Counted from the stretch's first letter, positions 9,566-20,125 are shown. The stretch: 64,000 nucleotides of DNA from an uncultured bacterium (GCA_963759805.1 CAVXAT010000005.1:32001-96000), one strand, 5' to 3'. The notes: generated from the letters alone by a model not told the origin. Numbers and translations: made by a program.

Positions 9566-10501
9566 TTAATGCCCCCCGGGCTCATTGTTATAACTAATAT
9601 TTTTAAAGTACTTATTTTCTCAAGTTGCACTGTCTAGTTTTATGGGGTCAGTATACTCAAGACCCGCAGATCGCAATATTATTGCAGGAAGTTTTTTCTT
9701 TTTTAATGAATCATCATGCATCGTCGCCGATAATTCTCAAGGAACTGTAATCAAAGGAAACTATATCGGAACAAACGCCTCCGGCACTGCCGCGCTTGGC
9801 AACTCTCTTTCCGGAATAACATGCGCTGCATCAAATAATAGTGTTATTGGAGGATCAACACCGGCTGAAAGAAATATTATATCAGGACATGTCATCGTTG
9901 GCATATCTATTGAGAGTTCCTCAAACACACAAATTACGGGAAATTATATCGGAACAGATGCAAGTGGATCTTTGGCATTAGGTAATGCAAATGAAGGAAT
10001 TGGCATAATTGGCAGCGGTCTGGCAAACAGCGCTACCAACAACAGCATCACCGGCAATGTTATCTCAGGAAATTACATCGGCATAACGCTTGGATCAATT
10101 TCATCTCTTGGAGCAAATCAAAATACTATTCAAAACAATTACATAGGAACCGATCACACAGGAAATCTTGCACTTCCAAATAAGTATGGAATTGTCATCA
10201 ATGATAATGGCAATACGATAGGCGGAAACGCTTCTTCAAATCGCAATATTATTGCAGCAAACAGTGTTGGCGGAATTTTAATCTATGGCGGCGCGCAAAA
10301 TAATGTCATCCAGTATAATTACATTGGTCTTAATGCCTCATCTGCCCCTCTGCCAAACGGATATGGAATTCAATTGGGACTTCCCGGCGGAAAGGGTGCT
10401 GCTTCCACAAACTCCATTGCCAATAATTCATTTGGCGGCGGAAATAAGATAATAAATATATATTCATAATCACACTTTTTTATAAAAAGAAAGAAAAAAA
10501 C

Positions 10502-12265
10502 ATGAGACTAAATTTATTTTTTTGTGTCGCTTGTACATTGTTGATCGACACAATATATGCCAATGACTTTCAAGAACAGCCTGTGTTGGGTAATTCTATA
10601 GACAGCCAGTGGATTGTTGTACCAAGAGAGACCAGAATAATTGGGGAATATTCTACGCAAGTAGCTAGTAAAAACTCGCCAGAAGAACTTTGTGAAACCA
10701 CACACAAAAAAACATTTGTACAAAAACCTAATAGACGCAGAGACATCAATCGATTTGGAGAAAAACATCCACTCCCATCTCCTGTCACTGAAGAAAAACT
10801 AGTTTATGAACCCATACCAGAAGATGCAGCCATAAAAATATTACGGTCCACTTCTGCGCAAACAATTGCTTTAAATTTCACTGCTGAAACGGTAGCCAAT
10901 GCTCAAGACCCTTACATTATCCCACCAAATCTTAACGGATGGGTTGGAGCTACGCAGTATGTGCTCATGACCTACAACGTAATACGCAGTTTTAACAAAA
11001 CGACTGGCGCCCCTGATGGAGTTTTGAACATAGATGCTGCCAATTTTTTTGGAGTCTCTGCAAATGACGTTCGTATAGATTATGATAGATTTTCTCAACG
11101 TTGGTTTATGTCATGTGAAGGCATTAATGAAAGCACAGGACAAGTGGGAACGCTTGTGCTTGCAGTAAGCAACGGCAGTACTATTACCAACTCCACCTCC
11201 TGGAGTTTTTACACATTCACCAACTCGCAAGTAATGCCTCAAATTAGACCGCTGGGCAGCGGAGACCTTGATTATCAGCAACTGGCAATAGATCAAAATG
11301 CAGTCTATCTTTCAGTAGATACGTTTGACAAAAACGGTAATTTTAACGGATCCTCGGTTATAGTAATTCAAAAAAGTTCGATTGGGACAAACAATCTGGT
11401 TGCAAAAGTTTTTCACGGCATACTGACATCATCAGAATTTATTTCACCTGCTGACAATTTTGACAGCAATCCTACCTTTGGATATCTTGTTAATTCTTCG
11501 GGAAATCAGTACCCTTCTTCAAATACTTACAACAAGCTCTCTTTCTATCGAATAATTAATCCTGCAAGCACCAACCCATCATTGAGTACTTTAATCTCCA
11601 TAACAGTCCCCAAATATACCGATCCGGCAAACGCCCCATACAAGGGCAATCTTTTTTCATCTGCAACCTTTTTGCAAACGAGCGGCAGCATGATGAGCGC
11701 TTGCCACGTGCGCAAACATCAATTATACGTATGTCATAATATACAAGTTAATCGATCAGGTAATGCAAGCACTTCCGGCGATCGCGTGGGAGTTCGCTGG
11801 TATCAATTTGATTTGACGGGTGATGCGACCGGAAATGGTAGGGGTTCAGAAAAAAGTACAACCGTACCTGCACTTGTTCAATCAGGAACTCTTTTTGACA
11901 GCACCTCGATAAGCTCGCCACTCTTTTACTTTATTCCGGCAATTATGACAAACAAAAACAGGGATCTTGTAATAGCATGCTCTTGCTCCGGAGCTAACAA
12001 CTATCCTAATGTTGTTTATGCAGGAAGAAAGGCTACCGATCCTAAAGGCATTTTGCGCACGCCTGTAATGATAACAAATAGTTCGTACCCATACAATTTT
12101 GGACCATTTATGGATCCTTCAAATGGCAATATTGGACAACGCTGGGGAGATTTGTCCTCGCTGTGTCCAGACCCAATTAATGATCTTGATATTTGGGCAA
12201 CGCAAGAATTTGCGGCGGTACAAAATGGATGGGGAGTTCAGGTAACAAAATTAACGCCTGCATAA
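10502..12265 (+). CDS. Secreted beta-rich, Ser/Thr/Asn-rich hypothetical protein
   Basis: Signal peptide, 587 aa, GVRWYQF and RWGD..S..PDP motifs; co-oriented with the beta-helix gene. Confidence 0.7.
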   Translation: MRLNLFFCVACTLLIDTIYANDFQEQPVLGNSIDSQWIVVPRETRIIGEYSTQVASKNSPEELCETTHKKTFVQKPNRRRDINRFGEKHPLPSPVTEEKLVYEPIPEDAAIKILRSTSAQTIALNFTAETVANAQDPYIIPPNLNGWVGATQYVLMTYNVIRSFNKTTGAPDGVLNIDAANFFGVSANDVRIDYDRFSQRWFMSCEGINESTGQVGTLVLAVSNGSTITNSTSWSFYTFTNSQVMPQIRPLGSGDLDYQQLAIDQNAVYLSVDTFDKNGNFNGSSVIVIQKSSIGTNNLVAKVFHGILTSSEFISPADNFDSNPTFGYLVNSSGNQYPSSNTYNKLSFYRIINPASTNPSLSTLISITVPKYTDPANAPYKGNLFSSATFLQTSGSMMSACHVRKHQLYVCHNIQVNRSGNASTSGDRVGVRWYQFDLTGDATGNGRGSEKSTTVPALVQSGTLFDSTSISSPLFYFIPAIMTNKNRDLVIACSCSGANNYPNVVYAGRKATDPKGILRTPVMITNSSYPYNFGPFMDPSNGNIGQRWGDLSSLCPDPINDLDIWATQEFAAVQNGWGVQVTKLTPA

Positions 12266-12267
12266 AC

Positions 12268-13329
12268 CTACAACACGCTCTTCGCCAATTTTATAAGCTC
12301 AGAGCATAAGTTACTAAGGTCTTTAGGGGAAACAAAAAGATTGAATTTTATACCATGAAGAAAACGCAGCTCCAATTTATTTAGCTCCTCTATACTAACT
12401 TTACCAACTTCGGCATAAACTTTGTTCCAGAAAGGTCGGTCAATGCACCATTTAGCAGCCAAAACCATTATTGCCAAAAATGTTTTGAAATCCATCGAGA
12501 TGTTATCAGTAAAAATATTTTTACCATTCAGTTCACTCAACCTTTGAATGTATATAAGAGCTACCAAGTAACAAACAGGAGGACATTTAAAGTGTTGTTT
12601 TATATGTTGTAAATATTGAATTGTTGGGATAATATAGCCAGCACTACTTTTAATTTTTACTCCGCCCTTTTCAATCATTTCCCTAATTTTTTCAAAAGCA
12701 AAAAGATGAATGCTGCTGAATTCATTATAAATACATGCCGGATTATTAATTGCAAAATGGAGATCCGCACCATGATCCAAAAGAACTTTTACAATTCCAT
12801 ACTTTCCATTCTTTGCAGCCAAAAGTAGAGGTGTTAATCCATGCAAATTGTGTATTGGAAATTCTATTACAGCATCAACATTTGCACCTGCGTCCAAGAG
12901 AATTTGCACAACATTTTCATTACCTGAAATTACAGCATAATGAAGAGCTGTAAATCCGTAAAATAAATGAAATCGTGTTGTAATTCTTAAATTGATATTT
13001 CCGCCTGACTTTAAAAATCTAGAGATAAGATCTATTCTGTTATCTTTTATAGCTAAAAAAAGCTCATCAAGACTTAGTTGATCCGGACTTACTTGAAGAC
13101 TATCAGGACTTATTTGAAGGCTATCAGGACTTATTTGAAGACTATCGGGACTCATTTGCAAGACTGATTTAATTTTCTGTCTTTCTGGTTTAACGTTAAT
13201 TAGCGCCTCTTGCGGATCATTTTCCAACAACACCTCGCTAGATTCCAATTGTCTTTTCATTGAAAAAACAGGAAGCACACCAACAGTTGAAAGTAGTAAA
13301 AAAATAGAAATAAATTTGTTAAATTTCAC
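12268..13329 (-). CDS. Secreted ankyrin-repeat and PHO80-like cyclin fusion
   Basis: GTG start at 13329 after GGAGG; signal peptide; ankyrins (TALHYAV, TPLLLAAKNG); cyclin box ALIYIQRL..LAAKWCIDRPFWNKVYAEVGKVSIEELNKLELRFLHGIKFNLFV. Confidence 0.85.
   Translation of the reverse strand: MKFNKFISIFLLLSTVGVLPVFSMKRQLESSEVLLENDPQEALINVKPERQKIKSVLQMSPDSLQISPDSLQISPDSLQVSPDQLSLDELFLAIKDNRIDLISRFLKSGGNINLRITTRFHLFYGFTALHYAVISGNENVVQILLDAGANVDAVIEFPIHNLHGLTPLLLAAKNGKYGIVKVLLDHGADLHFAINNPACIYNEFSSIHLFAFEKIREMIEKGGVKIKSSAGYIIPTIQYLQHIKQHFKCPPVCYLVALIYIQRLSELNGKNIFTDNISMDFKTFLAIMVLAAKWCIDRPFWNKVYAEVGKVSIEELNKLELRFLHGIKFNLFVSPKDLSNLCSELIKLAKSVL
13081..13158 (-). repeat. 21-bp tandem repeat encoding (Q[MIV]SPDSL) about x4
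   Basis: Repeated gacttatttgaagactatcag-like units. Confidence 0.9.
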
Positions 13330-13597
13330 AAAAATAACCTCCCAATTCAATTTTAAGTTAAAAAAAGCAGAAACAAATAGCTAATTTTTCTTAGCTAGAT
13401 TAAGATTAACACATTCAGCAACAATTACAAGTAGAATTTACTTTTTACGCTTTTTATTAAATTACACGTTTTTTTCGACATAATTCTTGATAAAAACCAA
13501 TGTTTCAATAATATAAAGCGTACTGTGTAAAAACATATAAGGTAAAAACATATAAGTAAGATATCCTCAGCATCCAGGCAACATGAAAGAGCCACAC

Positions 13598-14833
13598 ATG
13601 AGAAAGCTTTTCTTAACAACACTTTGCATATCCAGCTTGTTTTATTATTCCAACAGTCAGGCAAAATCCACACAAACAAAGTCCATACAAGCAAAACCCA
13701 CGCAAGTCAAACCCAAAAAAATTGTTGTGCTGACAAGCAAAGGCGGCAATGGACACATGGCCGCTTGCAGCGTTTTAAAAGATGCCCTGCCTGACTGTGA
13801 AATCAAATTGGCGGATCCAATTAATGATACATTTAGCAGTATACTGGATTATGCAAAATGGTATGGAAAATTTTTACAAAACAATTGGATTAGGACCTCA
13901 AATTTTATTGCCAGATATCCTGGCGAGATGATTATGAGATTTAAATCCAGCGGTATTAAAAGGCAAATTACAAAGATCCTTGAGCAAGAAAAGCCCGACT
14001 TATTGATTTCTGTAATCCCATTGATCAATTACCCGGCTGCCTGTGCCGCGGAGCGTTATGGAATCCCATTTATGCTCATCACACTTGATGCCGATCTTGA
14101 ACTATGGCTTTCAAATATGAAGAAGTGCCGCAAACACGGTTTTCTTAAAAATAATAATTTTGTCATAACTGTTCAGAAAAAAACTCCCCACATTGTGCAT
14201 CAGCTAAATCGCAAATGCATTCCAATGCCATGCATTCATGAAGTTGGAGCTCCTTTGCGTAAAGACTTTTATACCCCAAAAGACACAAAAACAATTCGTA
14301 AGGAATGGAACATCCCCGCAAACAAAAAAGTTGTTATGCTCATGCGCGGTAGCACCGGCTCAGACAAGATGATTGAGTACGTAAAAACACTTGTGCAAAA
14401 TGATAATCAGATTCATCTTTTAGTCTGCGTAGGAAGAAACACAAAAATTATACCAAAACTTAATCACATAAAAACCAACGATCGTGTTACATTTTCTATC
14501 ATTCCATTCACCCCCAAAATACCGGATTTGATGGCCATTTCTGATCTATTGATTACACAGCCAACTCCAAATGTTTGCAACGAAGCACTGCACATGAAAT
14601 TACCTATTCTCATTGATCTGACCTCGACATGCCTTTTTTGGGAAACGCCAACAATTGATTGGATCAAACTTCGTGGCTGCGGCAAGGAATTTAAAAGAAT
14701 GAGCCAACTTAATAACCTGGTTGGTGAATATATCAATAAAAAGAAAACTTGCCTTACAGAAACAGGGACCTCCATTCCTGACTTTAATACTGAAATACAC
14801 AAGCTTGTTATGGGATTGATAAAAAAGGCATAA
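13598..14833 (+). CDS. MGDG synthase/UgtP-like GT28 glycosyltransferase with apparent signal peptide
   Basis: SKGGNGHMAA, EKPDLLISVIP, LVCVGRN, IPDLMAISDLLITQP. Confidence 0.8.
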   Translation: MRKLFLTTLCISSLFYYSNSQAKSTQTKSIQAKPTQVKPKKIVVLTSKGGNGHMAACSVLKDALPDCEIKLADPINDTFSSILDYAKWYGKFLQNNWIRTSNFIARYPGEMIMRFKSSGIKRQITKILEQEKPDLLISVIPLINYPAACAAERYGIPFMLITLDADLELWLSNMKKCRKHGFLKNNNFVITVQKKTPHIVHQLNRKCIPMPCIHEVGAPLRKDFYTPKDTKTIRKEWNIPANKKVVMLMRGSTGSDKMIEYVKTLVQNDNQIHLLVCVGRNTKIIPKLNHIKTNDRVTFSIIPFTPKIPDLMAISDLLITQPTPNVCNEALHMKLPILIDLTSTCLFWETPTIDWIKLRGCGKEFKRMSQLNNLVGEYINKKKTCLTETGTSIPDFNTEIHKLVMGLIKKA

Positions 14834-14846
14834 ATTTTTAAATATT

Positions 14847-17800
14847 TCATTTAAATTCTCGAATGCGTTTATTCGGATGTAACCGGTATGGAGTTAATGC
14901 TTGTTTAATTTTTGCAGCAATGGCGGCTAGAGCAATGTGAACGGGATCTGCGTCATTTGGATTTCCAACCAATCCCTTGTATACAATAGAAAGCAAAACC
15001 GCATATCTTATCGCGTCAGCATGATTTGTAATGGGTGTGGATATCCCATTAAGTACGACATCAAACTCCTCATCACTGTAAAAAAATTTCAGTGTCTTTT
15101 CTCTCGTCTGACTAAAAACGTAGACAACAACAGGACACTTCGGATCATCATTAAACATTATAATCGGCTTTTCCTTTGTCAAAATACCTATTGACTCTTT
15201 ACGAATATTTTCTGTTTTCAATGGAAATGGATAATCGTGTAATTCAGCATACCGTATCACACCGGGTAAATCACTTTTATCCTTTGTACCATATCCGGAT
15301 GCATCACAGATCAAATGAAGATTTACCCTGCGCCGCAGCAGAGGCGGAACCGGTAAGTTAAATTTATGACCGGCATCGGTCAGTTGCAAGAAAGGTTGCT
15401 CTCTTAATGGGGGTATAATTCCTGATACATGATACAAAGGATTACCAAAATACCCAGGCTGTAAAGGTATTTTATCCTTATCCTGTAATCCAGTATCCTT
15501 ACCAACCTGTGCACCACCAAAAAATAATTGTCCCAGGACCCCTGCTTGCGGATCCAATAAATTATCGATTGTAGGTTTATAATAAGAATAAATCATACGA
15601 ACAACAGTTCCAGCAACGCCTTGAATGGCATTTGTCTTTTTATTCAGCTCCAGAAATAGGCGTTCTTTATCGATAGCAAATGCAGACCCCCATGTTCCCA
15701 TCAGGTACCAAAGTGGCGGCTCGGGATGTAACGTTGCAATAGCGCCATTATCAAAATTAGCCCATGCATATTCCGGCTTGGTCCACACCCCTAACTGTTC
15801 ACTCCCAACTTCATAAGGAGAAAATTCATGCCACCAAAATTTATCTTCTGCTTCCTCATCTACTGTTTTTGCCTGCTTTCTTTCCTCCTCCGAACATACA
15901 CGCCCAACAGCAGTGGCTATAGGAAACGGATATTTAAGTGATTGCAGCTGGTTGTCACGAATACTCGATAGCTTTAAAACATTGAAAGGCAATTCAGCTA
16001 AAAAACCTCGGTACAGCAAAAATCCATAAAAATCAACAAGCGACAGAGAAGCTCCCGTATCGCTGTGAAATTTAACAACGCCCGCAAGATTACTCAAATC
16101 CTCCTGACTCAACGGACGTGAAAAATCTTTTAATTGCTGTTTTATTTTATTAACAAAATCATCATAAGGAGCTTTTTCAGCATCATATGCAAGGTAAGGG
16201 AACAGCATCCATGTTGAACCGGAAAGAGTTGTCATATAGGCTACAGCATCAAATAACCCCATTTTTTTTAATTCTCCAACAAAACCTAATGTCGCAATCT
16301 GGGCACGGCATCCACCACCGCTACATGCAACCCCTATTTTGGGGGAAGAAGATTCGAGAACTTTATGTAATAGCGCAATTTCCCCTGGCGTAAGCATATT
16401 GCTGCTCTTGTCAACAAAGTTATGCAAACAAGGCACTACCTTTTGAGCTTGGCGCTTATCTATAAATTGATTTTCTTCAACACAGATATCGCCTACGTTT
16501 CTAATAGGGTCTTTAATCGTTTCTGGCAAGAATACGTTATTAAGTTCTTGCTCAACCTTATCCCATCCAGGACAAACATCGTTACGTAAATCTTCCGGCT
16601 TTAGCTTTGCAGCCAAATAGGTTAAAATAAATATCGGCAGCACCTCATCCGGCGCCCAATCCAACGCATTAATAATGAAATTGTATGCATTTGGAGAGCC
16701 TTGAAACACGGAACCTGGGGTGTCCAGTCTGGCAGCAACTCTTTCTCCAAAAACGATATCGGATAACTGGCGCTTCAAAGTTGTATCGCTTTTCAAAATT
16801 TCACTAATTTGTTCCTTTTGTAGCAGCTTTTTTTCCGGAATCCGATCAATAATATCGGCAAGCAAATTTCTATCAAAAAATACCGGCGCACCCATATTTT
16901 TGATTGATTCTTTTAAAAGCTCTATCTGTTGCATAAGAAATGATTTTTCTAAATATCCCCCATAATAGGCAGCAAGCACTGCTACAGACTGAACCATCCA
17001 TTCGGTCATAGCTCCAACTAATGGAATCATTCCTCTTGTTTGCTCAACAGCCTGACCAACATGCTGCTGGGCCACCCCAATGCCTTTGATCATCTCATTT
17101 ACAATATCAAATAAAGCAGAGCTTTTATATTGATTTACATGGTCCCTATTTAACTTGATGTATTTAACAATCTTATCGAATTCAGCCTCAGGGTAAGATC
17201 TAAATATACCGGGATCTGCATATCCTAACTGTTCAGAACAAAAATCTAATTCACGGGCCAATTGTTCATCTATGTTGTATGAAATCCTATCGGGAATTGA
17301 ATAATACCACATGGTTCCATCACACCATTCGTGAACAATATTACCACCCTCATGTTCAACAGCTCTGTTTAAAAAAACCGGTGGAACAGAGGGCTTGACA
17401 GGCTCCTCTGGCGATCCAGTTGGCTTGGCAGCCGGTGCAACAGATGGTTTGCCAGGTTTTGTAAAAACACAAGCCAGGTCAATATTCAAATAATAGTGCT
17501 GATCAATACAGGCAATGGTTTTCGGTAATGAACCCAAAACACACAGAAGATCTCCACCGATACTAAAGCTTGTCGCTGGACAACTGCTTCCATCATATGT
17601 AAAACATTCAATATTTACAATTTTCAACCAATTTCGATTTTCATCAAAACAAGACGCTATTTTGCGCAGCGTCTGGAGGTGAACTTCTTTGGAATAAAAG
17701 TTATAAATTCTATGAGAAACACAAGGCATTAGACCTCTTTTTTTCTCAGGTGTATCTCTAAGCGCAGGAGGCGTTGCCGGATTAAGCAGTATAATTGAAT

Positions 17801-18461
17801 GCACAGTGATTTTAGCTTCATTTAATTTCGCCATAAGCTGCTCAGTTGCTGTCTTATTGGAACTAATGACTATCGACCGGACAACGTCTTGGTGTTTCAA
17901 TGATCTAATAACATCAACGGCATTAGTTTTGCAATCAAAGCGAACCTCAAACGGAGCCCGACCCGGCTGGGGACCTTCATTGATTTGTTGTCGCAAAGAA
18001 GTACAAAAAGGATTCTGTCCTTGGGCATAGGGAGGAAGATCGACATTTAAAAATATAACATGAATAGAGCTCCCTTCTTGCAAACCCTCGACAAGGGTGC
18101 GAGCAAAAGACCCGTTTACAGCCTCTTCAGCCCTCCTTGGAGCCAGCATCATTTCCTCATATTTCATTGGATTATAACTATCAATCATTAAACCATGCAG
18201 GATCGAGGTGGCCATATAGGTTTGTTCTTCAGGAGGCGGGGTTGGTACGGGATGTAGCACCGGTACCGCTACCGTTCCCAATTTTCCTTGTAATTCACCA
18301 AGCTTGCCTTGTAATCCATTCAATTTATTTTTGAGCTCTTGCAGAGACGTTTTCAGAGTCCCCAACTTTTCTTTGAGCGGATCCACCCCCATTCCCACTG
18401 CAAAATTGCTTGAAAGTGCAATTAAAATAAAAAGTCTCATCATCAAAAATTTACACTTCAT
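14847..18461 (-). CDS. Secreted cPLA2/lysophospholipase-B-type phospholipase with N-terminal five-heptad zipper
   Basis: Signal peptide; GVACSGGGCRA, TLSGSTW (catalytic Ser), EFSPYEVG, MGTWGSAFA, LTDAG (catalytic Asp), NLPVPPLLRRRV. Confidence 0.88.
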   Translation of the reverse strand: MKCKFLMMRLFILIALSSNFAVGMGVDPLKEKLGTLKTSLQELKNKLNGLQGKLGELQGKLGTVAVPVLHPVPTPPPEEQTYMATSILHGLMIDSYNPMKYEEMMLAPRRAEEAVNGSFARTLVEGLQEGSSIHVIFLNVDLPPYAQGQNPFCTSLRQQINEGPQPGRAPFEVRFDCKTNAVDVIRSLKHQDVVRSIVISSNKTATEQLMAKLNEAKITVHSIILLNPATPPALRDTPEKKRGLMPCVSHRIYNFYSKEVHLQTLRKIASCFDENRNWLKIVNIECFTYDGSSCPATSFSIGGDLLCVLGSLPKTIACIDQHYYLNIDLACVFTKPGKPSVAPAAKPTGSPEEPVKPSVPPVFLNRAVEHEGGNIVHEWCDGTMWYYSIPDRISYNIDEQLARELDFCSEQLGYADPGIFRSYPEAEFDKIVKYIKLNRDHVNQYKSSALFDIVNEMIKGIGVAQQHVGQAVEQTRGMIPLVGAMTEWMVQSVAVLAAYYGGYLEKSFLMQQIELLKESIKNMGAPVFFDRNLLADIIDRIPEKKLLQKEQISEILKSDTTLKRQLSDIVFGERVAARLDTPGSVFQGSPNAYNFIINALDWAPDEVLPIFILTYLAAKLKPEDLRNDVCPGWDKVEQELNNVFLPETIKDPIRNVGDICVEENQFIDKRQAQKVVPCLHNFVDKSSNMLTPGEIALLHKVLESSSPKIGVACSGGGCRAQIATLGFVGELKKMGLFDAVAYMTTLSGSTWMLFPYLAYDAEKAPYDDFVNKIKQQLKDFSRPLSQEDLSNLAGVVKFHSDTGASLSLVDFYGFLLYRGFLAELPFNVLKLSSIRDNQLQSLKYPFPIATAVGRVCSEEERKQAKTVDEEAEDKFWWHEFSPYEVGSEQLGVWTKPEYAWANFDNGAIATLHPEPPLWYLMGTWGSAFAIDKERLFLELNKKTNAIQGVAGTVVRMIYSYYKPTIDNLLDPQAGVLGQLFFGGAQVGKDTGLQDKDKIPLQPGYFGNPLYHVSGIIPPLREQPFLQLTDAGHKFNLPVPPLLRRRVNLHLICDASGYGTKDKSDLPGVIRYAELHDYPFPLKTENIRKESIGILTKEKPIIMFNDDPKCPVVVYVFSQTREKTLKFFYSDEEFDVVLNGISTPITNHADAIRYAVLLSIVYKGLVGNPNDADPVHIALAAIAAKIKQALTPYRLHPNKRIREFK

Positions 18462-18677
18462 TAAGAATCACCCTTCTATTTTTTACAAAAACACTTAATC
18501 ACATAACCATGTAAAACATCCCATAACACAGTTAAACAAAAAAAATCAAGTGTTGAATTTAGAAATGCATTGAATTCGGTTTTTTTACACAATTCTTGAT
18601 TAAAACCAAGGTTTCAATAGTATAAAGCATACAATGTAATAAACTTTGTACTTACTGAAAGTGTAAAAGGCCATCCT

Positions 18678-19379
18678 GTGACCACTGGTAAAAGATACCC
18701 CAAAAATTATTTCGAGAAAACCGCCTGGCAAGACAAATTTTATGTCTGTGGGATTGATGAAGTGGGCAGAGGATGCCTGGCCGGGCCATTGGTAGTTGCT
18801 GCATGCATTTTGCCTCAAAACACAAAATATGTTCTGAAAGATTCAAAAATTTTAACAGAACAGGAAAGAGAAAAGGCCTACAAATGGCTTATTAAAAATT
18901 GCTGGCACTCAGTTTCAATTATTAATCCGGCAATGATAGATAAAATCAATATTTACAATGCAACGTTGCTGGCCATGAAACGTGCATTTGTTCAACTCGT
19001 TGAAGTTATACCGTTTGAATATGAACTTTTAAAATTTTTGGTCATCGATGCAATGCCCGTAATCCTCGATCAATCTCATAAAAATAATCATCTGGAAGTT
19101 CATCATTTTCCACATGGAGAATCAGTATCTAGCTCAATTGCAGCAGCATCAATTATCGCCAAAGTTACGCGAGATAGGCTAATGGAAACAATAGATCCAA
19201 TATTTCCGGGCTTTGGCTTTGGACATCACAAAGGGTATGGAACCAAGGAACACACAGAAAGCATGAAGATAAAAGGGGCTTGCATCATTCACCGCAGAAC
19301 TTTTATAAATAAAATAGAAACTCCGGAAGATATATCAAAAAATGGAAACGACGCAAAATCACAACAGTCTATTTTCTAA
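18678..19379 (+). CDS. rnhB: Ribonuclease HII
   Basis: GIDEVGRGCLAGPLV, LKDSK, SIAAASIIAKVTRDRLM, HKGYGT, IHRRTF. Confidence 0.96.
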   Translation: MTTGKRYPKNYFEKTAWQDKFYVCGIDEVGRGCLAGPLVVAACILPQNTKYVLKDSKILTEQEREKAYKWLIKNCWHSVSIINPAMIDKINIYNATLLAMKRAFVQLVEVIPFEYELLKFLVIDAMPVILDQSHKNNHLEVHHFPHGESVSSSIAAASIIAKVTRDRLMETIDPIFPGFGFGHHKGYGTKEHTESMKIKGACIIHRRTFINKIETPEDISKNGNDAKSQQSIF

Positions 19380-20031
19380 AAAAGTGGAAGCTCATGTGGA
19401 GCTTCAAGAAAAAGCTCTTAGGACAAACGCTCAGGAGAAGCCTTTTTTTGCCGAAGTTATAGAAAGCAACCTACAAGGCTTCACAGCCCAATGTTGGAAG
19501 TGGGATAATTTTGCTGAGTTTGGATCGTTAATTCAAGTTGATTCGGGAAAAAATACGGTTCTTGGATGCGTTACCCAAGTTCAAACCGGATCACTTGACC
19601 CAATGCGCTCCCCTTTCCCATACCAAAAGACCGAAGCTGAGTTGTTGGCAGAGCAACCGCAAATTTTTGAGTTTTTAAAAACAATTTTTACCGTACAAAT
19701 TCTTGGATATATCGATAAAAATCAGAATAAAATATTTTATCTTCTGCCACCAATACCATGTAAAATTCACTCATTTGCCAAAGAGTGTTCAAACGATATT
19801 GTAGAAGCTTTCTTCAAAGAACAGTTCTATCTGCATATATTATTTAAATTTTTAAATCAAAATCCAAATTTTGATGAGCTTTTATTAGCTATTTTAAACA
19901 GGCTCTCTTCACAAAAAATTCTAACTCAAACTATGCTTGAGGATTTCTATCAGACGCTTTCCCTTCTCACTGGCAACGACTACCGAAGACTAAAACTGTT
20001 CTTAACACGAGTTGAAAAAATCGCGAAATGA
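19342..20031 (+). CDS. HAS-barrel-like conserved protein
   Basis: AEVIES..FGSLI..EQPQIFEFLKT..YLLPPIP..GNDYRRL resembles the stand-alone HAS-barrel family as recalled. Confidence 0.55.
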   Translation: METTQNHNSLFSKKVEAHVELQEKALRTNAQEKPFFAEVIESNLQGFTAQCWKWDNFAEFGSLIQVDSGKNTVLGCVTQVQTGSLDPMRSPFPYQKTEAELLAEQPQIFEFLKTIFTVQILGYIDKNQNKIFYLLPPIPCKIHSFAKECSNDIVEAFFKEQFYLHILFKFLNQNPNFDELLLAILNRLSSQKILTQTMLEDFYQTLSLLTGNDYRRLKLFLTRVEKIAK

Positions 20032-20125
20032 GTTTAAAAAATGTTGTTTTGGGCAAGCTGTTGCAAATTTGTTACAATTTTGTATACTCGATTTGTAATA
20101 CTTAAAACCAGAACGAAGGAATTTT

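Larger units (their letters stand above)
7927..9655 (-). mobile_element. IS3-family insertion sequence, 1729 bp, 3-bp target duplication CTC
   Basis: Imperfect terminal IRs TATAGTGACCCCCATTGTCAAGACA and TATACTGACCCCATAAAACTAGACA; CTC at 7924-7926 and 9656-9658; DDE orfB plus two orfA genes. Confidence 0.93.
7322..10469 (+). pseudogene. Secreted right-handed beta-helix repeat protein (about 471 aa when rejoined), interrupted by an IS3 element
   Basis: Signal peptide and repeated GNYIGT(D/N)xxG / NIIS units in both halves. Removing 7927-9658 restores the frame (TIGSSRPADRNII). Confidence 0.9.

Noticed and set aside
13529..13556. Direct repeat AAAAACATATAAG x2 upstream of the GT28 gene
   Set aside because: Short, AT-rich and only two copies; cannot be distinguished from chance or local slippage.
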